NCBI GenBank assembly: GCA_023213395.1
Contig: CM041465.1
Span: forward strand, 171,375,741-171,439,740
From: Cycas panzhihuaensis
Taxonomy: Eukaryota; Plantae; Cycadophyta
Direction: 5' to 3'
Length of the DNA stretch: 64,000 bases
Under the pieces are notes generated by a model. It ran no database searches. It worked only from the letters and a program-made list of their open reading frames with translations, and was not told the DNA's origin. This document shows positions 28,599 to 42,000 of this stretch, piece after piece. The translations under genes and the position numbers were made by a program. How positions within the stretch are numbered: the first letter of the stretch is position 1; each line of letters opens with the position of its first letter.

Positions 28599-31500
28599 AA
28601 CTAATATCCTGGAATATCATGGGTCTCAATGCCCCCTCGAAGCAGAGGATTATAAAGGATATGCGAAATAAATACCTTCGAGACCTGATATTCTTGTAGG
28701 AAACCAAAATGAATAAGGAGAATGGCCAAAGGGTCAAAAACAAAATTTGGAAGACGGCTGATAGTATTGAGTTCGATTATGCCCAAGGAGTGGGGGGCTT
28801 AATGGTCCTATAGGACCTGTCGACATGGTCGGGAGAACTTTTCCTAGCAGAGGGATCTTTTATATCGATCTGGCTAACCAATAAAAGCAACAACCTATTG
28901 TGGATAGCCACAAATGTTTATGCTCCAAATAATGAAGAGGCCAGGAAGAAACTCTGGGATAGACTATTAGAGGCTCACAGGGCTTGCCAACAACCATGGC
29001 TGATGGCAGGAGACTTTAACTCGGCATTGTCCCCGGGTGATAAGAGGAGGTACTGGTGGATGGACAACCAGTATGGGAGAATTTAGTGACTTCCTTCAGC
29101 AGGGGGGCCTGGAGGACGTTAAGCTCAAAGGGGCATCCTTTACCTGGTCAAATAAGCGATTGGGGAATGACTTAATCCAAATTAAATTAGACAGGGTATT
29201 GGTTAATTACGGCTGGCTAAGGAACTTCAGTGACTTCACCCTTTAGGCATTACTGAGGATAAGTTCTGACCATTCCCCTCTCCTACTTCAATTTTTGGCT
29301 CCAGGCAAATTCATTGGGTCCCCCTTTAGGTTCGAGTTAATGTGGCTTCATCACCCTAATCTTAGGAATTGGATCGAGGAATAGTGGCAGATTCAAATCA
29401 AAGGTCACGCAATGTACAGATTTTCGAATAAGCTTGATTGGATCAAAAGACAAATCAAGGCTTGGAACAAGGAGGTCTTCCAAAATATTCATGAGCAGAA
29501 GGATAAAACCATCAGTGATCTGAAGGCTATAGAGGATAGGATTGAACGAACCGGTAGATCCCCAGAGATAGACAAGATAAAAAAGGAGCTAGTTGAGAAG
29601 TTGGACGAGATTCTCATCAGAGAAGAAATTCTCTGGAGACAGAAATCCAGGGCTCTTTGGTTGGTAGAGGGGGTCAGGAACATAAAATTATTCCATATGA
29701 CTACAGTTAAGCATAGAGCTAGCAACAGAATTTCCAGCCTCCAAAAGGGAGATGGCACGGTTGTTAGTTTTATGGAGGGCATGAAGGAGTTGGCCAGCGA
29801 TTACTTTAAGGATCTATTTACTGAACCGTAGGACGAGGACATGGATAGCAGAAAAGACTTTTTAAACAACATCCCCAGGCTGGTGAATGAAACTCAAAAT
29901 GTCTAGTTGACTGCCCCATTCACTCTGGAGGAAGTCAGGGCGATCCTCTTTAGCATGAAGAAAGACAAAGCTCCTGCCCCTGATGGATTCCCTTTGGGCT
30001 TTTTCCAAGAATATTGGGATATTATTAAAGGGGATCTAATGGAAGTTTTGCAGGAATTCTATACAAACAAAAAGATGTTGCAGGAATGGCAGACTACAGT
30101 CCTTGTCCTCATCCCTAAAAAAGAAGGAGTGAAAAGGATGGAAGAGTTCCATCCCATCAGTCTCTGCAATGTCAAATATAAGATTTTAACCAAGGTCCTA
30201 GTCAACAGGATGAAGAGTATTATGCCAAACATTATCTCTCACAACCAGGATGAGTTCCTTCAAGGCAGGTAGATATATCATGGTTATATTGTCATCCATG
30301 AAACAATTCACTCGGCTGCCGAAAGGAAGGAGCCAGCAATGCTTATCAAGATCGATCTCACGAAAGCCTTTGATAGGGTATCCTGGGATTGCTTGCTAGA
30401 CTGCCTAGAGGCTTTTGGCTTCAGGGAACCTTGGCAAACCTAGATTAAACTATGCATTGGGAATCCACAATTCTCTGTCATTATCAACGGTTCATCTTCC
30501 AGGTTCTTCCCCGGATTCAGGGGATTGAGGCAAGGAGATCCCCTCTCTCCCTTCTTATTTAATACGATGGCTGAGCTGCTAGGTAGAACCCTGAAGTCTG
30601 CTAGGAGGCTAGGGTCCTTAATCAGAATTAAATCGACATCGGGGGTGGACAATGTGGTTCACCATCAATTTGTTGATGATAATATCCTCCTAGGTAAGGT
30701 GACAGTTAGAGAGGCTTCCAAATTCAAAGACATCCTGGGGTATTTTGAGAAGGCCATGAACTAGAAGATTAGTCTCAAAAAGAGTAACGTCTTCTTCATA
30801 AATACCCCGGGCTACATCCAAGGCAGGATTAGCAGAATCTTAGGTATGGATATAAGAAAACTTCCCACAATCTACCTGGGTCTGCCCCTATTTGTCGGTA
30901 AGATATCCAAAGATATGCGGAACCCTCTTTTAGACAGAATGCAAAGGAAACTAGCGGGCTGGAAAGGTGCCCTCTTGAGCTTAGCTAGAAAACTCCAGCT
31001 AGTTGCCTCTACCCTCCAGAGCATTCCAGTGTTTTGGATGTCCATTTTTAGGGTCCCGTCAGGTATCTCAGACACTATTGAATCAATTCAGAAAAGATTC
31101 CTCTGGTCTGGATCAGAAAGCAAAGACAGGATTCATTTGGTAAGTTGGAGCAAAGTTTGCACTTCGAAATGGGCTGGTGGCTTCAATTTGCGAAGGCTCT
31201 CTCCTTTCAATGTCGCCCTTGGGGTAAAGCTCGAGTGGAGATTATTCAAAGGTGGGGAGAGACTTTGGGAGAGGATCCTCTCTAGAAAATATATTCAGGT
31301 GGGCTCGCTTTTAGATAGTAGTGTCTCGTCAGCTGGCTCTACCGTCTGGAGGAGCATCCTCAAAGCATGGGATGCTATCAGGGATAGACTAAAATGGAGA
31401 CTGGGCGATGGCAATTCCATAAGATTCTGGGATGACGTGTGGTGTTGTGATAAGGCCCTGAAGGAGTTCCCAGACCTGGTGCCTCTGATGGGTCCTTGTG

Positions 31501-32789
31501 TTAGGCAATACGGTAATCTGACCAAAGATTACTGGACTGGGAGAGGAGGAAGCAAGATCTGGAGGAAATTTGAGGATATCCAATGGATAGGCAGTCTATA
31601 GGAGGGTCTCAATAAGATCAAAAGGATATTAAATAAGAGTTATATCCCTAGAACTCCGATGCAGGATTCGATGGTGTGGCCCTCTAGTTCGTCAGGGGAG
31701 TATATAGTGAAATAGGGCCATCAATATTTATGCCTAAAAAGAGGGGACATGAAAAACCCAATGCTGGAAGGCGTTTGGAGGCTCCCCCTCATTCCAAAAA
31801 TAGCTCTTTTCTAGTGGACCTACCTCAGGAACAAAATCCTCACTGTGGATAACCTTCAAAGGAGAGGATTTATGTTGGCTAACAGATGTGTCTTATGTTG
31901 CAAGGGGGAGGAATCCATTAATCACATCATCCTAGAGTGCCCTTTCACAAGGGAGGTTTGGAGGATGCTGCTTGGAAAACTTGAAGTGTGCTGGACCTTC
32001 TCACAAAAGATTGTTGACCTGTGGCTGGCATGGCAAAGCCCATTCAAAAGTAATACCCTCAGCTGCATCTGGAAGAATACGCTCCCGATTTTGGCATGGA
32101 ATATCTGGAAAGAAAGAAATAGCAGGATTTTTCAAGGAAAAGAAAAAGATCAGATGGGTGTTTACCGCAAAGTATGTTTAGACATCAGAGAAAACATTGG
32201 CAATGCTAAAGAAAAATGCTTAACCCTGCCAGAAAATAGGATTTTTCTCAAATGGGGCATAGAACCTAAAATAGTAGCATCTAAATCTAGAAGAACTAGA
32301 TGGATCCCTCTGGTGGAGCCATGGATCAAAATTAATTTTGATGGGGCTGCAAAAGGGAACCTTAGGGAAGCTGGGGGTGGGGGAATTTGTAAGGACTGTA
32401 AAGGTTCCCTCATCTGGGCCTTTGCGGACTACTATAAAACCCAGACGAATAACTACGCAGAAATGCATGCTATGCTTAAAGCCCTTGACCTAGCCCGTAA
32501 AGGGAGCATCCAGAGATTAGTGATTGAGGGGGACTCAGAGGTTGTTTTAAATTCGCTAAAAGGAGTGGCCCTCCCAGATTGGAAATTTCAGGCTATAATC
32601 AATGATGCCAAAGAAATCATTAAGGGTTTGTCGGATGTCTGTATAAGACACGCTCTGAGAGATGGCAATAAAGTAGCAGATTTTTTGGCAAACTGGGAGG
32701 TGAGGAATAAGAGAGGACAAGTGTGGAGATGTGATTTCCCTAGGGACCTTCTGGCTCTGGTTGAGAAGGATATGACTTGTAATAGCTAG
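28595..32789 (+). pseudogene. L1 ORF2 (APE endonuclease, RT, zf-RVT, RNase H), one frameshift near 29045 and 12 premature TAG stops
   Basis: Endonuclease: MKLISWNIMGLN, NVYAPN, WLMAGDFN, KLDRVL, SDHSP. RT: KAPAPDG, PISLCNVKYKI, KIDLTKAFDRV, RQGDPLSPFLF, QFVDD, YLGLPL. zf-RVT: CVLC..EESINHIILEC. RNase H: KINFDGA...EGDS...NKVADFLA. The ATG overlaps the ORF1 stop (ATGA, 28595-28598). Confidence 0.95.
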
Positions 32790-35700
32790 ATGCAGGGCTT
32801 GTCCTGGCTTTCTAGTTCTTTTGCCTATTTCGTGGGGTTGTCACAGTTAACTCTGTCTTGGTACCTTCTTGTTTTCTGATGTATTAGGTTGTGAGATCCT
32901 GTTTTCAAACCCACTTTAATTCATTTTATCTTACCAAAAAAAAAAATCTTATTTTACATGTATTGGTAATTCAGAAAATTGTGAATAAAATTTACTAAAA
33001 AAATGGGTAAAATTAGATATTTGGAATATTATTCTTAGTATTCCTTAAACCTTTCCTTTTATAAATTCAGTTTTGAAAACAAAAAACATTTAAAAGTATT
33101 ACTTTATTTCATAGTTTTATTTAACAAAAAGGATTAGGAAAAGAGTTTACACTTATTGTATACTCATTGTTGCCTATTCTTCCCTTACCTCACATGTAGA
33201 TTTTTGTTAAAAAGGAAAAAAAAGGTTTATTAAAATGATCAGAAAAGAAGGTTTAAAAAGAATATTTCTCTTTTGCATATTATATTTGCACTTGCATTTT
33301 GGTATGTATCTTTTCAAAGACCTAATAAGGAAGAGGTTTGCACTTGTTGTGAGTCTTTGAATATGTGGGGCTACACTTATATTTTTTAGGTTAGATTATT
33401 TATTACTTGTATACAACTAAAATTATATAACTAGTAGTATTTAAATTATTTATTATATTCTACTCTTAGTCTCTTATAGGTTTTAGGGTCTTATTCTCCT
33501 CTTAGTCTCTTATATGAACTTCTATAATTTCAAAATATTACAGATATTTATTGTATTAATTGAAAAGATGATAAAGTATATACTTTTCTTTACCTATTGG
33601 TTTATTGAATGAATGTGCCCATACTTAGCTTATGATGATTTCGACCATGGTTAATGGCTTTATAATTGTCCATACAAGCTCAATGTGTTAAGGAAAGGCT
33701 TCTAAGTACCCCTACAAGACATGTATTATCCTTCTCTTCCTCTTATTAACAATACTAATCTATTTTGTTCTCTTCTTTAGATGTTTCTTCATTTAAAACT
33801 CTTATTTTTAAATACATTTTTTATTCTTACTATCATGGTTATTATAATCTTATTTTAGTTTTAGTTTTTATATTTGGAAAAATTCCATTTCTAGTGTACA
33901 ACAAAGTTTACCATGATATTACTTCCTTTACAACTTAATGGCATTACTAAGAACTTCACGATACTAATTCTTTCATTTCTTTTTTCTTTGGCCCACTATT
34001 GGTCATGCATTTATGGTACCTAATAAGGCATCAACTCACTTTTCCCTTCAAAACCATGGCCTATGTATGGGTTTCGCTTTAAAACCATAGGCTAATTAAT
34101 GCTTATAGTATTAATTCTCCCCAAAAGCATGGGTAATCAACCCATGGTGTTCCTATAGACTATGAGGCCAAAACTATAGGTCCTAACTCATCTATCTTTC
34201 TATTTATACCCTCTAGTTTTCATTGGAAAAGGGAGATTAATTTCTAAGCTGATATGTTATTATTATGCTACTAAAATTTATGCAAAAAGCCTATAGCTTT
34301 CAAACCTGATTGGTTGAATTCCACTATTAGATTAAGGATTTAATATTAGACATTATTAGAGTACTCTTTGGATGGAGTAGAATGTCACTCGCATCTCCCC
34401 TTCACATAGAATAAGGGTAACACCCCCCACATTGCCTATATTTTCTTCCTTCTTCTAATACTTTATTTACTTACTTTTATGGCATTAAATTACCCTCTTT
34501 TATGCTTGTTATTTGCTCTAATTTTAGTTCTTTTGTCTTTGCATACTTAACTCTCTTTATAGTTGGCATCTTATAGAGGAAAAAATGGGCTCAATATTGC
34601 TTATTAGGATTAAAAAAGGGTGGCAAAATAGCAATTTCTGATGCCCCTCTTTACACCATTTCCTTTGCTTATTTAAGTCAATATTTTAGCTTTAGTTTGC
34701 AAAACTTTTCATCTATTTACTATAGACTTTGTTAGATACTAATCAATATAGGTGGAGGATCTTTCCTAAAGATTTGAGTGCAACTTAGAGTGTGCTTAGA
34801 GTAACTAAAGAAATCCCTTCCTTCTCTTTCATTCATTCAACTCAAACAAATAAAGTGCTTATTTCACAGTCATTATGCTATCAAAATTATCTCAGATAGC
34901 TATAAAGGTTAGTATCTTAAAGTAGCTTTTAAATTGACTTCTAACATATTTTATTTTAAACATAAACTTTTTTTTAGTATAGGTCAATCTAATAAGCAGA
35001 AATATTATTAAAATTTTCCTAGAAATCATTTACAAACACATTTACCTAATCTTATTTTGCATGTATTGGTAATTCTGAAAATTGTGAATAAAATTTACTA
35101 AAAAAATGGGGTAAAATTAGATATTTGGAATATTATTATTAGTATTCCTTAAACCTTTCCTTTTATAAATTTAGTTTTGAAAACAAAAAACACTTAAAAA
35201 TATTACTTTATTTCATAGTTTTATTTTTAAAAAAGGATTAGGAAAAGAGTTTACACTTATTGTATACTCATTGTTGCATATTCTTCCCTTACCTCACATG
35301 TAGGTTTTCATTAAAAAAGAAGAAAAAGGTTTATTAAAATAATCAGAAAATAAGGTTTAAAAAGAATATTTCTCTTTTGCATATTATATTTGCACTTGCA
35401 TTTTGGTATGTATCTTTTCAAAGACCTAATGAGGAAGAGGTTTACACCTGTTGTGAGTCTTTGAATATGTGGGGCTACACTTATATTTTTTAAGTTAGAT
35501 TATTTATTACTTGTATGCAACTAAAATTATATAACTAGTAGTATTTAAATTATTTATTATATTCTCCTCTTAGTCTCTTATAGGTTCTAGGGTCTTCTTT
35601 TTGTTGAAAAGAGGGGATAGTCATCTTTCTACCTAGGTTTCATTATCATATGACAAGGATTATTTTATGCTTTTAGGCATTAAGTCTCTAATCTATGTTC

Positions 35701-37349
35701 TAAATAGGCTTTTGAAGGGTGCCTATCTCCACCATGTGTTCATGCATAGGATGTTCATAATTGAGTGAGTTTCATTTATACTATTGATAATAATGACCTC
35801 TTATATTTCAACCTCTTTGATCTTGAGGTACATTAGAATTACCAAATTGCATTACACTTGTGTGAGTGCTATCATTAGTAGAAGAGTCTTTATTGACTTA
35901 TTCATCAGTGAATCTATCCTATAGTCTTGATTCCTTTAGATACCTTATTTTGGATAGTCCTTTTCTTGGTTCTTTTATATTGATTCTATTAAGTTAGGTT
36001 CATGTTGGAGCCAGGATTAAGATAGGTCAATTTATTTGGGTGGTTATAGTTACATAAAATAGGCACATAGTTACATAAGTGCTTTTTGGAAACTCGTACT
36101 TGATCGATCCCTTTATAATGTGAGGGTTGTTGTTATGTTGTTTGGCCCTTCTAAGGGTATTGGGTATCTTATTTAGTTGATATTATCTTAGTCTTTGTAG
36201 TTGAATTTTAGTTCATCTCCTTGTCTAATGCAAAAGTTAACGCATATGCCTACTTATATTATACATTTTAATTATTAATTAGTTTTACTTATTATTTTAA
36301 TCTCTCTTTATTTTTCTCTTATTCTAACACATAGCACATACCTATATTTTACCCTTAGATCAATATAGTAAACACATTAGACATCATCCTTGCATTTGTG
36401 TATAAGAGATGCATGAGTGCCCTATAGGGAGCATATGCTCATACCCCTCCCAAATTGGATCCTTGTGTACCCTTTGGGTCCATTCTAGGGATTTGTTTAT
36501 ATGTCCTCTCCTCCTGTCTACCTGTGTTCATTAGTAACCATATTGGAGACTCACCAATATAATGTTATCTTTGTATTATATTAATAATTCTTCTTCTTTT
36601 CCTTATTCAAATCCTTTGAGATAGGGTGAGACTCCATTTAGTTTATAACTCATCTTTATGAGGATCCCTCATAATTATCTTATAGATTTAGAGTTTAGAT
36701 GTATACCATAAGTTTATACCTTCTTCATTTTTTTCTTTTAATTCTTGTATATGACAATATTCTCATCATCTTAAAGGCCTTCCTCCATTTGTCTCTAATC
36801 TTTCGCATCCATCTAGTCCCTCACCTGTTGAGCACTCCTCAATGGAAGGATAGATCCTACTTGAGTGGTCTACAAATCCCTTTTAGGCCCAACACCTAAA
36901 CTAGTTATAAGAGTTTTACCTAACACAAGATATGTATCAAGCCCAAGATATATACCAAGCCTACATGTAGGATTGGCCTTAATTAGTTGATACTTATTGA
37001 TCATAGGTGCTTTATCAAGAAGGAGTAGATCCTATATACTAGCCATATGAAGTAAATTAGGACCCCACTAAGTCTCTGACGTACATCATTAGATCCATCA
37101 CCTAACTCCATGACCTTTCTTAAACCCCAAAGTTAAAACTCAAGCCTTTACCTTTGATCGAACCCAAGATGGTGAGTAGGTTCCCAACCCAATTCAGATC
37201 TAATCCACTCTATTCGATACTGAAACCATCATTAAAGTATAATACAAAGTAGTTGTAATAATAAATATTACTTTAATTTAGGCTTGTCATTTATTTAGGA
37301 TTGCACCTACATTTGTCTTATCCATTTCCCAACCTCAATAGTAAGTAGC

Positions 37350-38800
37350 CTCATAATAGTAGACTACTTCCCAACTAATCGCACCATCTACCCCTCCACT
37401 TATCCACCCATCCACCCCCAAATCGATAATAGCCCTATTTATGGGTCATATTTTAATAATAATCCCCTAATCTATCCCATATGTTTCCCCACTTATCCCA
37501 CCAATGAGTGGGCTTCATACATCTATTCAGTAACTAATAGTTATATGGACTACTCCTATACCTCTAGTTTTTCCTCATCCTAATCCAATAGGATTATTAA
37601 GGATGCCTCACTCCCTCCATGCCCCATTCATCCTATCCAACCCATCCCCTAACGTGGTTAACCCTCCCTTGTCTTGCCTAGCTATGTTGCCTAATAGTGG
37701 GGATAAGGTGGGCCTCATCCTCAACCTACATTTGGAGTTCATCCGCTTTACCCATATGGGGTTGCTCCACTGATTAAAGGCCCATATGGTTTGAACTCAA
37801 TTCCACATCCTCCATCTTATCTTTTACCACTTTACCAAACCACATCTATTTGTTCTCAAGTATATAAATTATCCTACCAAGTTGTAGGTCCCTAATCCAC
37901 CCATGTTTATTAAGGTCTTAATATCTAGCCTTATTAGACTTGACCTAGGCATGCACCTATCTTATCTCATATAACTATACCTTAAGGAGTAACTACATAG
38001 GTTGGTGTTCGTTATCAAGCCCCCACCTTTGGTACCTCAATATATAGGGGACCTATTCTATATATACCCAACCCCTATGCCCAAGTAATAACTACTTATC
38101 AAGCTAAAACCATCTCTTAAACTATTCCATCATGCCAAGCCTACCAACAAGTATATGCACCTTATGTGGGAAGCCAAACATACCTAGTTTATCCATCACA
38201 ACAAACATTTTTACTAGTTAATCATCTAGCTTAACTTGGTATACATCCCTTTAATGATTATAAGACTAACCAACTCTCCCTTGAGGCCCCTAGAACTAAT
38301 TTTTTGCCCCACCCCTTATAAGTACCCAACTTTGAAGGCAATTCATCCTAAGACCTTAGAGATCATGCTGAGTTTTTTACCATGGCATGTATTGATTAAT
38401 GGTTATATGACTATATCCTAATAAGTCTCTTTCCTAGGTCCCTCTAGGGTGATAGCCTTAATTAGTTTTATTATTTTTCCTTCCACTCCATCCATTACTT
38501 TTAGTAATTGGTAGATACCTTCATAAATTATTTTGATGTGTCATACCCTTTTAAGAGTGGATCTAAAGCCTTACTCTCTCTTAAACAAGGCCATGATAAG
38601 CTCAATAGAGACTTCGTGTACTATTTTTCTAATTTACTCCACTTAATTAAGGCTACTCAACCTGAAGACTTGAAATGAAATATCTTTGTTAATGCTTATT
38701 ATCCTAAGTTCATGCAGAAGATTTTAAGATGGGAACAACTACATGTGACTCTGAAATTGCTAAGTGTCTTTATTTTGAATCCATCAATATCCAAGTAGGC
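37350..38800 (+). mobile_element. Decayed Ty3/gypsy (Tat/Ogre-like) gag relic with Pro-rich N-terminal region
   Basis: ~38330-38540 translates to FEGNSS*DLRDHAEFFTMAC...LISLFPRSL*GDSLN*F....HSIHYF**LVDTFINYF, a Retrotrans_gag consensus. It is preceded by a C-rich, Pro-coding stretch. Boundaries uncertain. Confidence 0.65.
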
Positions 38801-39099
38801 TTAAAGAAGGTCAATAAAGCCTTCCTATAATGAGAGGCACAACATTTTCTATAACACCAAAGGTCCCAACCATTAGCTTTAAGGCCTATTATCAATAATG
38901 CTAACATGACCATATGCTTCTTTACCTTTATAGTTTGTTCTTTTAAGAAAGTATTAAGAGATTAAAGTTGTAACCATCCTAAAGCCAACCCAAGCTGCTT
39001 GCTCCCTTACATGGGTATATGCTAGTTCTGTAAGCGACCTAAGCTATTTCCTAAATTAGGGGCAGTACTACTACCCTTCCTTAGGATAAAAGGAATTTA

Positions 39100-42000
39100 T
39101 AAAAATAATTTATAATTGGCCTTGATTAAAACCAAGTTGACAATCTTATTCTAAAAGTACATAGAAATGTTGATTGGGTTGGTTGCCAAGACTTATGCCA
39201 TTTCATATTAGGGTATCGCTTTGATATGAACTCAACTGTAATCTCTTAGAGGTACAAGAAATAACCAAATGTTACTCTCTCCTTGAGGTGACACAAGCTA
39301 GTCACACTCATAAACAGAAGGCAAGATTGGTTAAGATTTAATATACCCAAATGATAATTGATTAATAATTGATAAATGATTAATGATGTTTGATATTACA
39401 TAGACCCAATATATTTATAGTCCATCTATGAAAGGTTATGTTCATTTATAAATAGATATGACCCTTCGCTTAATTTAATTATAATTATTTATGCCTAAAT
39501 ATACTATTTAGGCTCACTACAAGCTCTCCACTCTTGAAAGGCTTCATCCTCGAAACCTACTTAAATAGAATAGTCTTTGTACGAGTAACATAATGTTATA
39601 TAGATTTATGAGATTCACATGTCGATTTAAAACACAATAGAAGTAAACATATGATTCAAAAGATGCTTTGTCCTAGATTCTTGTTAATCTTTTATTAAAC
39701 CATGGTATTATAGACCATTGTCTTCTAGTTTGATAAGACTTCTGGCTTTGTGATAATGGCATGGTATATTTATTTATTAAGTGGATTGTTGTTAAGAAAT
39801 CCCAATGAATCTTCCACTCAAGATTATGATTAGGTATCTTGATTTTTTGAGATTTGTATTGATTTTCTATTATACTTTGAATTTTGTTTATGGAGATATC
39901 CAATTTGAGTTCTTCAACTTTTATGGGAATAAAAGGAATACTGATGATGGTTCTTAAACAAATGATAGTATTTGGGTAATATTGAAGTCACCATATTGTA
40001 AGATCTTTTTTCTATATATTTATATTACTATTTGGTGTCAATTTTTTAGATTTGTCATCATTAGTTATTAATCCTAATTTGTTGATATTGGGAGGAGTAA
40101 CATATTTGTTGTCATCAATGTTAGGAGTTAATTTTTCATTGGATGGTTTATTTTCTAATGGAATAATTTGGCGATATATTTTATCATTAGATTCTTGTTT
40201 ATTGATATCTTTAGTGGAAATGATATGATGAGTAGGGATATGTCATTTTTAAATTCTCCAGTTGTCATCTTTATCTACATCTGAAAATGGTTTTTTTAGA
40301 AGCTTCCAATTATTGTTCATATCATGTTCTTGGTTGTTTATCACCTTCATTAATATGTTTAGATCTGCATCCTTTTGGATGTTTATTAATTCTTGATTCT
40401 TTCTCAGCTGTGCTTTTTCCTTTTGAATTATTACTAGCAATATTATGTCATTAAGGCTTATTAGTTTCATAGACGAATCTAGTTCTGATTGATGTTCGAA
40501 TGTCATTTGATGAGGGGGTTTTTTACTTCATATGTTTTTTACTTCACTAGATTTTCTTTAGGGCTCAATTCAGTAGTAAATTCTATTTGTACTTTAGGAA
40601 CAATAATGTCCTTCTCTTTAAATTAATTTTTAAATGCTATTGAGAATAGTTCCCAAGTTATAGTTTTATGGTTTTCATTTTTCTGTTCTTGTGACTAATT
40701 TTGCCACTAGTTGAATGTCATTTTATACATATGTAGTGCAGTATATAATATTTTTTTCCTCATCGTTTATGATGTTTTGATGTAAGAAAAAGTCTTCTAG
40801 TACTTGTAACCATTTGAGGGCATATTCCTTTAGTCCATAGAATTGAGAGATGCTAAAATTTTTCTTAATCTTTTAATCTATCGAGTAAAGTAATCGTAAT
40901 TTGATGTATTCAACTTTTGACATGTCTTGTCTATGTGTTAGATTTAAATAGTCTAATTCTTTCAAATATTATGATAGAGAATATTCCATGGTAACATTTT
41001 AAAAGTAATATCATCTTTATTTTTATGTTATATTATGTAGATTTTAGATGATATGCAGTAACGTAAGTTATGATTTAGGTATAAATAATAATTGATATGA
41101 AAGTAGGTTAAGCCTCTTAATCAGTATAGTATATTATGATTGGATTAGCCTACACATAATTTTAACTCTAAACTTAATAAACGAACAATATATTTATGTC
41201 GTTGGTCCTTTGATTTTGATTATATGTGTATCACTATAATACCTTATGTAGATGTAGGCAAGGTAACTATGGCCCTTCTTAAAAGCACTCAGAATATTTG
41301 ATAGTAAAAAAGATTAATTGACTATATAAGTGATGTGATTTGATAAGTGATTATAAGTACTTATAACTAATTTATGTTAAATAATAATATAAACATTTCT
41401 AAGATAAATATGAAGAACAATGTGTAGTATATTTAACTATTGAAATATATTATGAATATGTGATATATAAGTGTTAATAATGATATGGAAAGTGATTATA
41501 TCATATATTTTATTATTTATAAATGATGGCACAAATTCTAAAAGATAAATATAAATAATTATAAATGAATATAAATAAGCAATGCATAATATATTTAGAC
41601 CGTTGTGATATATTATGAATGTATTATATATATGAGAAAAAAATATTTTTTAATAAGTCACGTATAAAAAGTATGAAGAAAGGGGTGGCAAATAGAATAA
41701 AAAAAAGTAATTTTTAGAAATGATATACCAAATTATTAAGGTGACTATGTATAAAATAATATGTATAATATAATATGTCGATTGAATATAAGTAATGATA
41801 CTGGTATTATTAAGGCTATCATAATATTATTCCATATATTATTTATACGCACTATAAATGGGCTAGATTGACATAACAAGACTGAATGCTAATGATTTAT
41901 TTACTGAACAATGGATAGCGTGAAGAACTGAACAACCCAAGAGGATAGCCTAATAGATGGCTGCTGAAATGATGGCAAATAACATACTATGATGACGAGT

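Larger units (their letters stand above)
26608..32944 (+). mobile_element. Full-length plant L1-clade LINE with RNase H, inactivated
   Basis: Exact 17-bp TSD AATCTTATTTTACATGT at 26591-26607 and 32945-32961; poly(A) from 32936; ORF1 and ORF2 present. Empty sites occur in the sister Z units at 24496 and 35048. Confidence 0.97.
24470..35595 (+). repeat. ~2.1-kb tandem unit Z: Z1 24470-26562, Z2 26563-35021 (split by the L1), Z3 35022-35595 (partial)
   Basis: GAAATCATTTAYAAAY begins each unit. Z1 is 2093 bp; Z2 is ~2105 bp after removing the L1 and one TSD. Confidence 0.92.

Noticed and set aside
28595-32789. Programmed TAG readthrough or an alternative genetic code in the L1
   Set aside because: ORF1 also has TGA and TAA stops, ORF2 has a frameshift, and catalytic motifs are mutated; deamination explains the pattern.
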